A DNA stretch of 63,907 nt, filler included, from Diploschistes diacapsis (GCA_023645945.1; 21 parts of 21 records of this genome joined end to end with filler, not necessarily neighbours in it), one strand, 5' to 3'; positions 1-11,542 are shown, counted from the first letter of the whole stretch. Numbers and translations: made by a program. Notes: generated by a model not told the origin, from the letters alone.

Positions 1-1082
1 ATATCTCGAATTAATATATTCGGACATTCTATTATAATAGACCTTCTATTTCGAATTAAATAATACAAACGAATACGAAGTCGAAAAGATATTGGATTAT
101 GGTTTTAGAGGATTCCTCGTTAAGTGGAAAGGATACCCCTAGAACCAGAATATATGGGAATTGAGCGGGGATCTGGGAAATTATAATTAAAAGGTTAAGG
201 CTTACGAAAGATAAAAAAGGAAGTGACTTTAGTGGGGGTCAAATTTATTATTTTCGTAACGTGTTTTAGAGGTATTGGGACTAGGCTAAACGTATTTAAA
301 ATTAAAGATATACGACGTTTTAGCCGTTGAGTTATGAAATTTCTAATAAAAGAAAACACGTATAAATAAGTTTTTATATTTTAAACCGAATAACTTCCTT
401 TTGCGTCGTTGGCAGCGCATTATTCCTTAGTATCCAGTTTAGGCGAGCCGGCGATATCGCGGTTAGCTCCGATAACTCTAAATCAAATTCCGTAGGTAAC
501 TTTTTTAGGCGTTAATGTATGTTTCGGACGATTTTAGGTCCAATTTTTCGTTAAATACCGTGTTTATACGTCGGTACGATCTTCTGTTAACTTCAAAATC
601 TTTCGATTATGACGAATACGGCTACGTTAAAGACGACGATCCTTAATTTAATATAATTGTTTCTTTAATTTTTTTTCTCGCTCAGTATTCGAGTTAACGA
701 GCTTTTTATTTTTCTCGACCTCGTCTCTTTTAAAAACAATGTTTTATTTAATTATCTTTGAAATAATAGATATATAGTCTTTTTTACCCGATTTAGTATA
801 GCGAGCGTATTTAATAGAAATTAAAGGTATCTTAATATAATCGTGAGAAAATAGATAGTCAAAATAAGGTAATGTGTCCTAATATTCTTGAAGACGAATA
901 ATACAATTTAGGCGTTTCTTTTATTTAGAAGAAAAAGAAGATATCGTTATTTCACGAATTAAGATTTCTTTTTGCTTAGTATTTATATTTATTTTCCGGA
1001 ATTTATCGGGCCGATAAGGTTGAAAAAAAGGGATAGTATTACGATCTAAGTATTAGACTTAACACGTTTTAATTATTTCTTG
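1..1082 (+). mobile_element. RIP-degraded 3' end of a Ty3/Gypsy chromovirus: chromodomain, ~800-bp extra region, polypurine tract, start of 3' LTR
   Basis: About 50-210 reads NEYEVEKILDYGFRGFLVKWKGYP*NQNIWE (chromodomain). PPT-like GAAAAAAAGGGATAG at 1022-1036 is followed by TATTACGATC (RIP form of TGTTACGATC, the LTR start also seen at 3103). Confidence 0.85.
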
Positions 1083-1084
1083 TA

Positions 1085-1198
1085 ACGTGTTTCACGGGGG
1101 TTCCGGCCACCCCCAGATTCCGGCTATTTCAAATGATTATTTTCATCTTATATTCGATCTTTCTCAACAATACCTACCTTTCATGATAATAAATCGAT
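1085..1198 (+). mobile_element. pogo/Fot1-like DNA transposon left end (TIR) inserted at TA
   Basis: TA followed by ACGTGTTTCACGGGGGTTCCGGCCACCCCCAGATTCCGGC; the same terminus leads into a transposase remnant at 34605. Confidence 0.85.
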
Positions 1199-1298
1199 NN
1201 NNNNNNNNNNNNNNNNNNNNNNNNNNNNNNNNNNNNNNNNNNTTAATTAATTAANNNNNNNNNNNNNNNNNNNNNNNNNNNNNNNNNNNNNNNNNNNN
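1199..1298. other. Artificial contig spacer N44-TTAATTAATTAA-N44 (first of 20; others start at 2497, 3795, 5093, 6389, 7685, 8980, 10275, 29988, 31282, 32575, 33868, 35161, 36453, 37745, 39037, 40328, 41619, 42910, 62617)
   Basis: Identical 100-bp spacer with stop codons in all six frames. Small-contig lengths fall steadily from 1198 to 1191 bp, and exactly ten small contigs lie between the two 19.6-kb contigs, which fits name-sorted concatenation. Confidence 0.99.
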
Positions 1299-1702
1299 GT
1301 GCCATCTTCGCCGGTTTCTATAACAGCGGGGGAAGTGCCTAATAGGTAGCGCTATCCCACTGAGCCAAAAGACTAACCACAACCGCTTTCAGGAACCCCG
1401 AAGCATTGTTTCCCTATTACACTATATATAGGTGCGTGGCTGTGGCAGCCGAGGCAGATGTGTAACCTCGCAGGCCTTACAGTTTCGCCAGTTTTGCTGG
1501 TTTTGCCGATTTCGCCGTGTTTCGCCAAAAGGGTTGGCAAAACACGGCAAGTCGCTTAAACGCATTATCTATCGCCGGTTTCGCCGGTTTCGCCGGTTTC
1601 ACCAACTTCGCGGGTTTTCGCGGTGATTCGCCGCCAAAAACTTTTCGTGATGATATTATTATTTTTTAATATCGTCGGCCCGACGATTCGCCGAAGGATC
1701 TG
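1299..1702. mobile_element. End of a probable hAT-like element with many TTTCGCCGG subterminal repeats, interrupted by the solo LTR
   Basis: Repeated 9-mer (T)TTCGCCGG; ends ...TTCGCCGAAGGATCTG, which would be a CAG-starting TIR on the minus strand. The other end is not in the contig. Confidence 0.5.
1319..1481. mobile_element. Solo LTR with 5-bp TSD, related to the LTRs of the TRIM at 63038-63642
   Basis: TATAACAG...CCTTACA (TG..CA with one RIP change), flanked by GTTTC at 1314-1318 and 1482-1486. Confidence 0.85.
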
Positions 1703-2496
1703 ATATAAATATTAAATAAAAAAGAATCCTAAATCTTAAAATAACGATATTTCATTTAACTTCTCGTAACCGTTTTTTAAAACGTATTTAACTTTTTCGT
1801 TTTCTTATTCGTTATAAGATCCTAGTGGAACATCCTGAACGTTTATAGGTTCCAGAGTTGAACCCCGTAAGACGGTAAGGCTGGCACCCAAAATATTTAG
1901 TTATGTTCTGTTTTCATCTAGATAATTCCTTCTTTATTTTTTCGAATCTAAACCATTCAGCTTACAGATTGCAATTACACGTGATCCTTCCAGATCAGGC
2001 TCAGCCCCTGGTTGTGTAGTATTCCTGTAGGGGCGTTCTATATTACTAGCCGCAGCGTTTTTTAAAAAGGTATTTAAAATTGGGTATAATCTAAAGTAGT
2101 TTTCTTTTAAGTAAGAAAACCGACGCCGCGGTGTCGGGAATTTTATGTTCGTTTTTGGAGCGTTTTTAAGAATTTCGCGTTTAATACGACGTTGTTTTTA
2201 AAAATATTTAGAATATAAACGAGAAAAGGATTTAATTCGGCGCTAAAAAACGTACGAAAGTCGTCATATGTATCTCTTATCGCCAGACCGATCGTTAACG
2301 TTTAATCGCGGGTAATCGCGATTTAGCGACGATAGTCGAGACGGTTTCGATTAAAAGAAAATAGCTGTTTCCTTTAATTATTTTTAAAGATAAGGAACTA
2401 TAAATAAAATAAATAAAAAATATTATTCTTTTAAATAAATTTACGTTTTAATATTTATAGATTTATTAATAGTTTTATAAATATAAAGATATATAT
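1703..2496 (+). mobile_element. RIP-degraded pogo/Fot1 DDE transposase fragment interrupted by an LTR-like insert (~1813-2042)
   Basis: Reads YDVVFKNI*NINEKRI*FG (from NIWNMDEKG) and LIAGNRDLATIVETVSIKRK*LFPLIIFKDK, both pogo DDE motifs. Confidence 0.75.
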
Positions 2497-2596
2497 NNNN
2501 NNNNNNNNNNNNNNNNNNNNNNNNNNNNNNNNNNNNNNNNTTAATTAATTAANNNNNNNNNNNNNNNNNNNNNNNNNNNNNNNNNNNNNNNNNNNN

Positions 2597-2937
2597 ATCC
2601 ACCGAAACACTACAGTGAAATTTTTTTAAAAAAATAAAAGCGGGAGAAATAGGCGTGATAATTCCAGAATTATTAAAATTAAAAAAATAATTTAAAGTGT
2701 TTCGATAAATGAACGGACACGGACATCGTAATAAAAAAATTTTCGACACGGATACTAACACGGATATTATATTATAATAAAAGCACGGACACGGACATTG
2801 TAATTAAAAATTTTAAAATATTAATACTAACACGGACATTATATTTCCGTAAATCCACGGACACGGATACCGCAGCTAAAAAATCTAAAACACGGACATT
2901 AACACTATCAGTATCCGTGTCAGTGTCAGTAACGGCC
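2597..2937 (-). mobile_element. Partial copy of hAT-type MITE family A
   Basis: ACACGG hexamer arrays matching the reverse complement of 33042-33591; the TIR is cut at ...ACGGCC by an LTR starting at 2938. Confidence 0.85.
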
Positions 2938-3250
2938 TGTTATGATCTCTATCTATACAAGGTATACACGAGTAGGATCAAGGTGGGTTTGGTTTCTGTT
3001 AGAAGAGGAGTGTGGCAGGAGAAGAAGATAGAGCAGTCATAAGTTTTAGATTGTTTCTGATAAAAAGGCTTTAAGATAATAAAGATAACGAATATAGATT
3101 GATGTTACGATCCAAGGTACTGTTCGGCAGTACTTAACACGCAACAATTAATCGGGCACTTCCCAACCATTCCTTATATATAATCCAATCAGGGTAACAC
3201 GGGTCACGTAATAAGTAAAAGGTCTTAAAAACCATTCTACCCGGTCGTAA
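2938..3250. mobile_element. Nested LTR fragments (TGTTATG at 2938; TGTTACGATCC at 3103)
   Basis: TG-starting, less RIP-mutated segments. The 3103 copy shares GGGCACTTCCCAACCATTCCTT with the reverse complement of 4200-4275. Confidence 0.6.
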
Positions 3251-3894
3251 ATAAAAAAAAAGAACGGTAATTTTATTTATTTATTTATTTATTTTATTAA
3301 GGGAGCTGTTAATTATATAAGAACGTCGCCATGGCTTTTATGAATCTAGAACGTGTTTACTTTTATAGATATCTTAAGTTATTGTTCGGGATCAATTTAT
3401 ATTCGTTATCTTTATTATTTTAGAACCTTTTTTTTAGAAATAGTTTAAGATCTATAATTAATTTATCTTCTTTTTTTATCATATTCTTTTTTTAATAGAG
3501 ATTAAATCCATTTTAATTTTATTCGTGTATATCTTATATAGATAGAGATTATAACATTTGAATATTCTTAAGAATAAGTGTTATTGGTAATATAACCGGG
3601 CGACCGTTATCGATAATTAAATCCGTATTATTTTAAATATTTAAAACGGCGACGCCATTAAATAAAATCGATATCCCGATAACGGACATCGCGGAAACTA
3701 AAAACGACGATTTCGGAAATAACGATAAACTTAACGAAAATAAATTGTATAAAAAATCCATTATGAAAGTTATAAAACTAATAACGTTCTACGGNNNNNN
3801 NNNNNNNNNNNNNNNNNNNNNNNNNNNNNNNNNNNNNNTTAATTAATTAANNNNNNNNNNNNNNNNNNNNNNNNNNNNNNNNNNNNNNNNNNNN

Positions 3895-4198
3895 TTTTTT
3901 TATTACGGTGTTCCGGTGAATTCACTGTAGTATTAGTGTCAGTATCAGTGGATTCACGGAAATGTAGTGTCAATATTAATATCAGTGTTTTAGATTTTTT
4001 AGCTGCGATGTCCGTGTCCGTGCTTTTACTGCAGTGTCAGTGTCAGTATTAATATTTTAAATTTTTTAGTTGCAGTATCCGTGTCCGTGCTTTCACTGCA
4101 GTGCAGTGTCAGTGTCAGTGTCAGTGTCAGTGTCAGTGTCGAGAAAATTTTTGCTGCGGTGTCAGTGTTAGTGTCAGTGGCACGGAACGGCCAGTCTA
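3895..4198 (+). mobile_element. Partial MITE family A (right end), with a (CAGTGT)n run
   Basis: Ends GTGGCACGGAACGGCCAGTCTA, a variant of the family TIR. Confidence 0.85.
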
Positions 4199-4275
4199 AT
4201 ATACAAGGAATGGTTGGGAAGTGCCCGCCTAGCTATGACGTACCAAATGACTGCCTAGTACCCTAGATCGTAACA

Positions 4276-4455
4276 GTCGAAGAGATCCTCGACGCAAGAA
4301 GAAGTCCCGAAAGAAAATTAAACATCTAATATAAAGTACGTTGAATAAGATAATTATCGATAATAGTTAATATCCTGCCACGGATTTTGAAAATACCTTC
4401 GATATCCTACGAAAGTTTTATTAATTAAATCCCGAAAAGATAAGACCCGTATAAT
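4276..4455 (+). mobile_element. RIP-degraded Gypsy chromodomain remnant next to an LTR end (4200-4275)
   Basis: Reads VEEILDARRSPERKLNI*YKVR* ... YPATDFENTFDILRKFY*LNPEK. Confidence 0.7.
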
Positions 4456-4582
4456 TAACAACGCCTAGGGATAGACAGCTCACGCCAGTAAAGATTATAA
4501 ACGGGAATGAGTCTTTAAAATGAGATAATATCGATTGTTACGACGATCACGTTTTTTTATAGAATTTAAAAATATATTTAAT

Positions 4583-5092
4583 TAGGCTGGCCGTTTCGTG
4601 CCACGGTCACTGACACGGACACTGCAGCAAAAATTTTCAAAACACGGACACTGACACGGACACGACAGCTAAAATTTTAAAACACGGATACTAACACGGA
4701 CACTACACTACAATAAAAACACGGACACGGACATTATAATTAAAAATTTTTAAATATTGATACTAATACGGACATTACACTTCCGTAAATCCATCGGAAT
4801 ATTACGATAAATCTATCGAAACACCGCGATGAAATTTTTTTAAAAAAATAAAAGCGTAAGAAATAAACGTAATAATTCTAGAATTATTAAAATTAAAAAA
4901 ATATTTTAAAATGTTTCGGTGAATGCACGGACACGAATATCGTAATATAAAAATTTTCGACACGGACACTAACACGGATATTATATTATAATAAAAGCAC
5001 GGACACGGACACTGTAATTAAAAATTTTAAAACACTGATATTAATACGGACACTGCACTTTTATGAATCCACGGACACGGACACTGTAGGTA
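4583..5092 (-). mobile_element. Partial MITE family A
   Basis: Starts TAGGCTGGCCGTTTCGTGCCACGG, followed by ACACGG/ACACTG arrays. Confidence 0.9.
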
Positions 5093-5848
5093 NNNNNNNN
5101 NNNNNNNNNNNNNNNNNNNNNNNNNNNNNNNNNNNNTTAATTAATTAANNNNNNNNNNNNNNNNNNNNNNNNNNNNNNNNNNNNNNNNNNNNGGGCTGCT
5201 GCGTGAGGCAGGGAATGTAAAATTCTAGGTGAGCGCAGATAGGGAGATGGAGGGGAATGGCGCGCTTTGGGTTGAGCGCAGTGTACAATAGGGCGTACTG
5301 CAGCGTGGCGTGAGGCAATTGCTGAGATATAAGGTATCTGGACGAAAGGACGCTTCTATCCGGATCTCGAATTTGAGTCACATTTGTTCTATCCGTATGC
5401 TGTTGGGGGCGCTTTAGTCTAGTAATATTTGGACCCGGGATTGGCGCCGTATAGCCTAGCCGAGGCTATTATGAGGTTACAAAACTTCCTAAATCGGCTA
5501 ATAACTTTCCAGTAGATTTGCCGGAGCGAAACTATCCCTCCCCGCTAGTCTACTACTACGGGACCCTGCATCTTCTCCTACGAATAGGGAGTTGTTGATG
5601 AATGATGATCAACATGACGAGTTGTCTCGATAACCGTAAAAGTGTGGGGGATTCACGGTGACCGTTGCAGATCTCTACGTAGGCTTCAGAGGCAGGTACA
5701 AAGTCCCCCCTCCAAAACAAACGAGATTGCCTATGGTAAGCGCAGGTAGGTAGCAAAGACACCCTGTTGCATGGGCCCGTTGCTATCAGACAATCTTGCA
5801 TCAATCCCTTAATCGCATTTTTCTACGTACAAGCCATAATTGTTTGCT

Positions 5849-6388
5849 ATGTACTTTCCCACCCTCTTCCTCACTCTCCTCGCAGTCTCCGCGGCGGTGG
5901 TGGCAGAGAACCTGTACGCCACCGACTACAATGGCTTCGTCTACAGCGTCTCCCTCTCCACCGCCACTGGATTCAACCTCACAAAAACCCAGCGGCTCCG
6001 ATCCTGCGGTGGCATGCCCAGCTGGCTTGAATTTGATTCCCTGACACGCACCCTCTACTGCGTCGATGAGGGCTCCTCTCCCAACGGAACCCTGACAACA
6101 TATGTGGCGGCAGAGGACGGCACGTTGACACAGCTTGCTCAAATAGACACCATCGGTGGCGGCGTTAACAGCGTCATCTACGGCGGGCCGGCAGGGAATA
6201 GCTATATTGCCATAGCACATTAGTACTTCTCTCTTCCCTTTCAGTCCAGCAACCCTCCACCCTATCGTCCCTTCCCCCAAAGCTAACCCTCTTCCCTCCC
6301 CTGCAGCGAAAACTCCACCGTCTCCACCTTCCGCCTCCCTATCATCTCCTCCTCCAAAGCCCTACAAACTTTCCCCTTCACCCTCGCC
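5849..6388 (+). CDS. Secreted beta-propeller lactonase (3-carboxymuconate cyclase / 6-phosphogluconolactonase-like), 3'-truncated by the contig end
   Basis: Signal peptide MYFPTLFLTLLAVSAAVVA; motifs CGGMPSWLEFD, LYCVDEG, GGVNSVIY, AIAHY. Intron 6223-6306 (GT..CTAAC..CAG) restores the frame to ENSTVSTF...LQTFPFTL. Confidence 0.85.
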
Positions 6389-6488
6389 NNNNNNNNNNNN
6401 NNNNNNNNNNNNNNNNNNNNNNNNNNNNNNNNTTAATTAATTAANNNNNNNNNNNNNNNNNNNNNNNNNNNNNNNNNNNNNNNNNNNN

Positions 6489-6634
6489 ATAAATAATCGT
6501 TGATATTAAATTCTATTAAAATCGAATTATTATTATGCGAAGTAGTCATTATTAAGAAAGATCGAATATAAGATGAAAATAGTGATTTAAGGTGGCCGGA
6601 ATCTGGGGATGGCCGGAATCCCCGTGAAACACGT
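6489..6634 (-). mobile_element. pogo/Fot1-like terminus (TIR) followed by TA
   Basis: ...GGCCGGAATCCCCGTGAAACACGT then TA; reverse complement of the 1085 and 34605 ends. Confidence 0.85.
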
Positions 6635-7259
6635 TATAACTTCTATTTTTGAATCAGCCCATTTTAGGGTTTTATGATTCAGATTCTGGGCTTTTAGATT
6701 TCTTCGATTTAATCTACGTTAAATAACGTAATCGGTACCCGCGTTCGTAATCATAATAACTACCGAGAGACGTAGTTTTAATAAACGATAAACGTAATAA
6801 AATAAATATTAATCCGGGTTTATAACCTATTTAACAACGTAATGGATATATTTAAGTTTAGAAGTCTTATATAGAAGGTTATTCTACTTTATAGACTTTT
6901 ATTCTCGTGGGATACGCTAAGCTTTACTATTTATACTATTCCTTATTCGGTCTAGTTAGAATTCTAGAAAGTTCAGCTGAACTCCGAGGTTTAGTTCAGC
7001 TGAACTGAATCTCTTTCTGGAACTCAGTTGTACTCCCAGCCATGCCTTCTGCCTGTCTGCTCAACAGCGCGATATAATATAAGCTCGCTAAAAGAATTCA
7101 GAAAAATGATTATTACAACAAAAAACAAGAAACAAGAAAAAAAAAAGAATCCTGAGACATTCTTGACAAGAAAGACAAAAATAAGCGCGCTTATAATACA
7201 GAAAGTTCAGACGATAAAAGTTTAAAAAATTTAAAATCTAAACCTGAATCTGAACCTTA

Positions 7260-7440
7260 ATTATATCATAATAAAATTAATAATACAATTAAGAACGCTA
7301 TTATTAAAAATAAAACTATTTTTATTAAATAGATCGATAATACCGGCGCCTTATCACATATAATTAACTAACTACATCTACTTAAAAACTTAACTCCTAT
7401 TCAAAACGACGAATCAAAATCGGGAAAAGAATGCTCTATT
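7260..7440 (+). mobile_element. RIP-degraded Ty1/Copia aspartic protease remnant
   Basis: K*IDNTGALSHIIN*LHLLKNLTPIQ reverts by RIP-type transitions to WIDDTGASSHMT. Confidence 0.7.
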
Positions 7441-7684
7441 TATGAGACAGCCCAGCCCAGGGGCCTGCCAAGCCACGGCAGGGTCAGCGCCCAGGTGTTT
7501 GCCAAGACACGGCAGGGTCAATGCCCAGGTGCTTGCCAAGACACGGCAGGGTTAGGAGGTGGCTGTATAAACGAATAATCCTCGAACCCCGATAGGTTTG
7601 ATATTTATATTACTTAACGGTACTTTCTTTTTATTTAAATAGTTTTTTCTTTAGTTTTTCGAATCGAGACCTTTTATTTATAGA
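7441..7684 (+). mobile_element. LTR start containing a 34-bp tandem repeat (~2.6 copies)
   Basis: TATGAGACAG (RIP form of TGTGAGACAG); GCCAAG(C/A)CACGGCAGGGT at 7467, 7501 and 7535; TATAAA at ~7566. Confidence 0.65.
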
Positions 7685-7784
7685 NNNNNNNNNNNNNNNN
7701 NNNNNNNNNNNNNNNNNNNNNNNNNNNNTTAATTAATTAANNNNNNNNNNNNNNNNNNNNNNNNNNNNNNNNNNNNNNNNNNNN

Positions 7785-7871
7785 AAATTCAAAGAGTTAT
7801 TAAAGATTTAAAATATTTCTTGGCAAAAGTGGGCGAGCTTTGGGGGTGGCCGAGCTGACCGTTAAACACGT
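7785..7871 (-). mobile_element. Terminus of the long-TIR pogo-like family
   Basis: Near-identical to 8909-8979; ends GTTAAACACGT then TA. Confidence 0.8.
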
Positions 7872-8142
7872 TATAAGAACGGTTTTAAAAAGTTAGTTAA
7901 AGATAAATTTATATATAATTTATACCCGCGTTCCGTGTATTTAAAAACCGATATCGATCCGTATATTAATTAATCGAGATCGTGCCGGTAAATTTCCCGT
8001 TTAACGGCGAATCTATATCCGTTACGTTTTCGCGGAATTAACGAAGATATATCGGAATCTTTACGAGAATTTTTAAATAAACGTGAATAACGGTTCTGAA
8101 GATTTAGAATTAAGAAAGAAAAAAGTAATTATAATAAATACC

Positions 8143-8310
8143 TATGACAGTCTTCCGGGCGAGCGGAAGACCTCAGCCCTAACACCGCGCCAAGGCCGCG
8201 GGCATACATAAAAGGAGTTTTCAGTAGGAAGTCTCCTACTTTCTTCTCTAAAGATTAATTCATGAATACTATAACCATTACTACCACACTACTGCATTTT
8301 ATCCGTTACA
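8143..8310 (+). mobile_element. LTR (related copy at ~42316-42470)
   Basis: TATGACAG...GTTACA. Shares CCGCGCCAAGGC..ACATAA..GGAGTTTTC..CCTACTTTCTT with the copy starting TGTGACAG at 42316. Confidence 0.7.
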
Positions 8311-8979
8311 TATTATCTCAATCATCTATCATATCCAAAAAGTGCGCATTGATTATGTCAGCAGTTATTTTTTTTAAAGCGAATTGAAAATAACGACTCG
8401 AAAACAAGTATTATTTTATCTTTCAAATTCGGTCATAACGCAGCAAAAAATATGTTTTTCGAATAAATCATTATAAGCGATTTCATGCGTAGACTTCAAT
8501 AAAAATATAAAAAAACGTTTTTTCGACGTCATACAGTGGTTATATAGCGTTTTCATCATTTTTTAGTCATTTTAGACTAAACGAAAACTAGCCGTCGTTT
8601 ACCAAAATTCTTTAAATCTCCTGATTCTACAGAATAAGACCACATGACGACTGTAAAACGTCGAAAAAACATTTTTTCATATTTTTATTGAAGTCTACGC
8701 ATGTGACCGCTTATAATGATGTATTTAATAAACATATTTTTTGCTGCGTTATGGCCGAATTTGAAAGATAAAATGATACGTGTTTTCGAGTCGTTATTTT
8801 CAATTCGCTTAAAAAAAATAACTGCTGAAATAATCAATATGCACTTTTCGGGTATAATAGATGATTGAGTTAATAGTAATATTCCGAAAAAAAATCAAAA
8901 ATAACGATTAATTCAAAGATTTATTAAAGATTTAAAATATTTCTTGGCAAAAATGGCCGAGCTTTGGGGGTGGCCGAGC
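8311..8979. mobile_element. Non-autonomous foldback element with long inverted arms and pogo-type termini
   Basis: About 8311-8547 is the imperfect reverse complement of about 8641-8876, with a ~90-bp spacer. The right arm runs on into the GGCCGAGCTTTGGGGGTGGCCGAGC terminus. Confidence 0.85.
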
Positions 8980-9544
8980 NNNNNNNNNNNNNNNNNNNNN
9001 NNNNNNNNNNNNNNNNNNNNNNNTTAATTAATTAANNNNNNNNNNNNNNNNNNNNNNNNNNNNNNNNNNNNNNNNNNNNAGAGGGGAAGGGAAGATGAAG
9101 GAGGCAGGGGATGCGGCCGGAGTCCGTTTGTGAGAGTGTACTATACAATGGATGTGTCGTTACCTTTATCTAACTTATCTCGTGAAAGCGAGCTTATGGC
9201 GTTAACCTTGGTTTGTACGAGCCTCGCGTGCTTGACGTGGAGTTGTATGCAAAGATGAAGTACCGGGCGTGCCAGGATTCAGCAACTAATCAGGACCTGG
9301 CTGCAGAGGGTTACACATGCTTTCCGACGCAGGCAAAACGAGCACAGCACGCGCAGGAAAATAGCAGACACGGGCTTGCAAAGAGTAGCGATTCGTTAGC
9401 TGCAAATTACTACTGTACACAACGCCCGACCAGATTCTCCGAATCCCCTACCGCTCGAAACCAATATCCAATGGCTCCGATGAGACCCCCCCCCGGGCGC
9501 GTAGACACCGACCTCAGCGCAGCAGGCCTTGAAAACTATCGACA

Positions 9545-10201
9545 TCACAAATGCGCCTTCTCCCTCTCGCCGAACCTGTGCACACCCAGCATGATCAGTT
9601 CGCGGAAACCCTTGCAAAAAAAACGCATACGATACGAGCCCCACGCGGCCAGAGAGACAGAAAGAAGGGGGGGGGGGGGAAAGAGGAACAACTCACCCCT
9701 CCCACGCCTCGTCGAACCCGGTCGACCGCACCCACTTGGCTCCTCCCGGCGCATCGACGACGCTGTCAACCACCATGTTCCCCATCTTCAGCCAGTCCTC
9801 GCGCCTGACCCTGAACCCTTTTCCCAGTTCCCCCTTGCCTTCGAATTTCCCACAGACCGCCTCCCCATTCGCCAGCGCCCGCACAAGCTTCGGCGCGTGC
9901 CCGTCGTCCTCCAAGCCGTTGACGGTCCTGAACAGGCCGGCCCACGTCGCATCCTCGCCCTTGCGGTTTGGAGCGTAGTTCCGCACGTCCGACTCCAGGC
10001 GCAGCTCGGGGCAGCCGCGGGAGACGAAGAGGGCCAGGTCGAGGCGGGCCTTGTATTCGAGGAGCCGGCATTTTTCGGAGGCCGTGAGCCAGGAGGCGTG
10101 CAGGAGGGGGGTGAAGAAGAGGGAGCAGTTCATGGAGTGCATGAGGAAGAAGTCCATTTTTATCTGTTTGGTTGGGCGTTGGGCGGACACGGTGAAGTAT
10201 G
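9545..10201 (-). CDS. Questin oxidase / HypA (AflY)-like protein, C-terminal exons only
   Basis: YFTVSAQRPTKQIKMDFFLMHSMN, RLLEYKARLDL, EDDGHAPKLVRAL, WVRSTGFDEAW. A GTGAGT..CAG intron precedes the last exon FGEREKAHL*. Confidence 0.85.
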
Positions 10202-11542
10202 CTGTTTTGTTGCAAGGGGATTAGTGGCTGTGCTAAGGGGAAGGGCGGAATTGTGACAGGGAGGAGATTGGGAGNNNNNNNNNNNNNNNNNNNNNNNNNN
10301 NNNNNNNNNNNNNNNNNNTTAATTAATTAANNNNNNNNNNNNNNNNNNNNNNNNNNNNNNNNNNNNNNNNNNNNCCCCCTTTTTCATACAGGACATTGAA
10401 CAGCAAACAAGGTGACGGGATAACGTGATTAATGTACCCTTGAACAAAGGGCGCATGCATGCAGTGAACAAATATTCAGCATCATGTACTTTTTATTGCT
10501 GGTATCCCCATCCTGCACAACTCCCTGCGGGCCGCCGAGTTGCTTTTCGCTTCTCCCCTGTTCTTGTCTTTTGCCAAGGGAGTTTTTCCCTTTTAGTGGG
10601 GAGCACTCTGACTCGGCCTCGGTCATGGGCGATCGTATCCAAGGAAAGACTGTAAGATCGACCGTCCAGAAATATAGTTGTGGATATAGTGGCTTGTACC
10701 GCTTGGCACCCGATCATGGGAAAGGCGCTTTAACCTTCATTACCCATCATCCCCTCTCAGTAGCAGCACCACGGAATATACCGTGTATCGAATGAAGGGA
10801 ACAAAAGCCGACTCCCCGCATAACATCGAGGGCATCTTATCCTTTGCAAAAGACACGCCTAGAGATATTGGTGGCCCCACAGGTCAGGTCAGGTCAGGCC
10901 AGGCCAGCAGGAATGGTGTGGTGGCCTGGCGGTAATACCATACCACGCTCTACTACCGTGCACATACCATATGAACGATCAACGATTATATACTATCTAC
11001 ACAAAAACATGTCGTTGGACGATATCTCTTTGTTCTCTACCACCTCTTCAGCAAACCGTTTCCTTCAGAGAGCGCCTCAAATCGGCAACGACTTCTATAT
11101 TGTATAATTACTCTTTTTGTAGAATTTGGTGGAAGAGATACTGGGTGTGCATATCACTCCTAATACCGTCTGGTAGGTTGCTTTGCTTCCTTCTCTTTAT
11201 ATACGCCCTTTAGCAGTTCATAAGACCTCGCTCTGGGTTGGTTCCCTGTTGCTTTTTACCAAGGTAGGATCCTGGGTGTGCCTGAATGATATGACTGGCA
11301 GCAATGGATATGATGCCTGAAACGAGCGAAATGGAAACGAGCGACCACCTTTCAACCTCCGAAAGCCAACAGCAAAATAATAAAGTCGATGTTAGTAAAA
11401 CCTTACAAAGGATTCATATTCACCGATTTACTTATACAGAGCCCGAACGCAAAGGGTTCTTCTCGGAAGCGGCACCGGAAGCCGCTTCCTGCGAACCTAT
11501 CATAACCATAAACCAAGATAAGACACTCCAAGACACCTTTCC

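Noticed and set aside
1243..1254. TTAATTAATTAA recurring every ~1.3 kb, resembling a regularly spaced repeat array
   Set aside because: Always centred in 88 Ns; it is an artificial six-frame-stop linker. ORFs ending in X runs or LIN are artefacts of it.
5849..10201. Lactonase and questin-oxidase-like genes as a secondary-metabolite cluster
   Set aside because: They are on different contigs joined artificially.
9213..10256. 347-aa plus-strand ORF
   Set aside because: Antisense shadow of the GC-rich HypA-like gene; no recognisable motifs.
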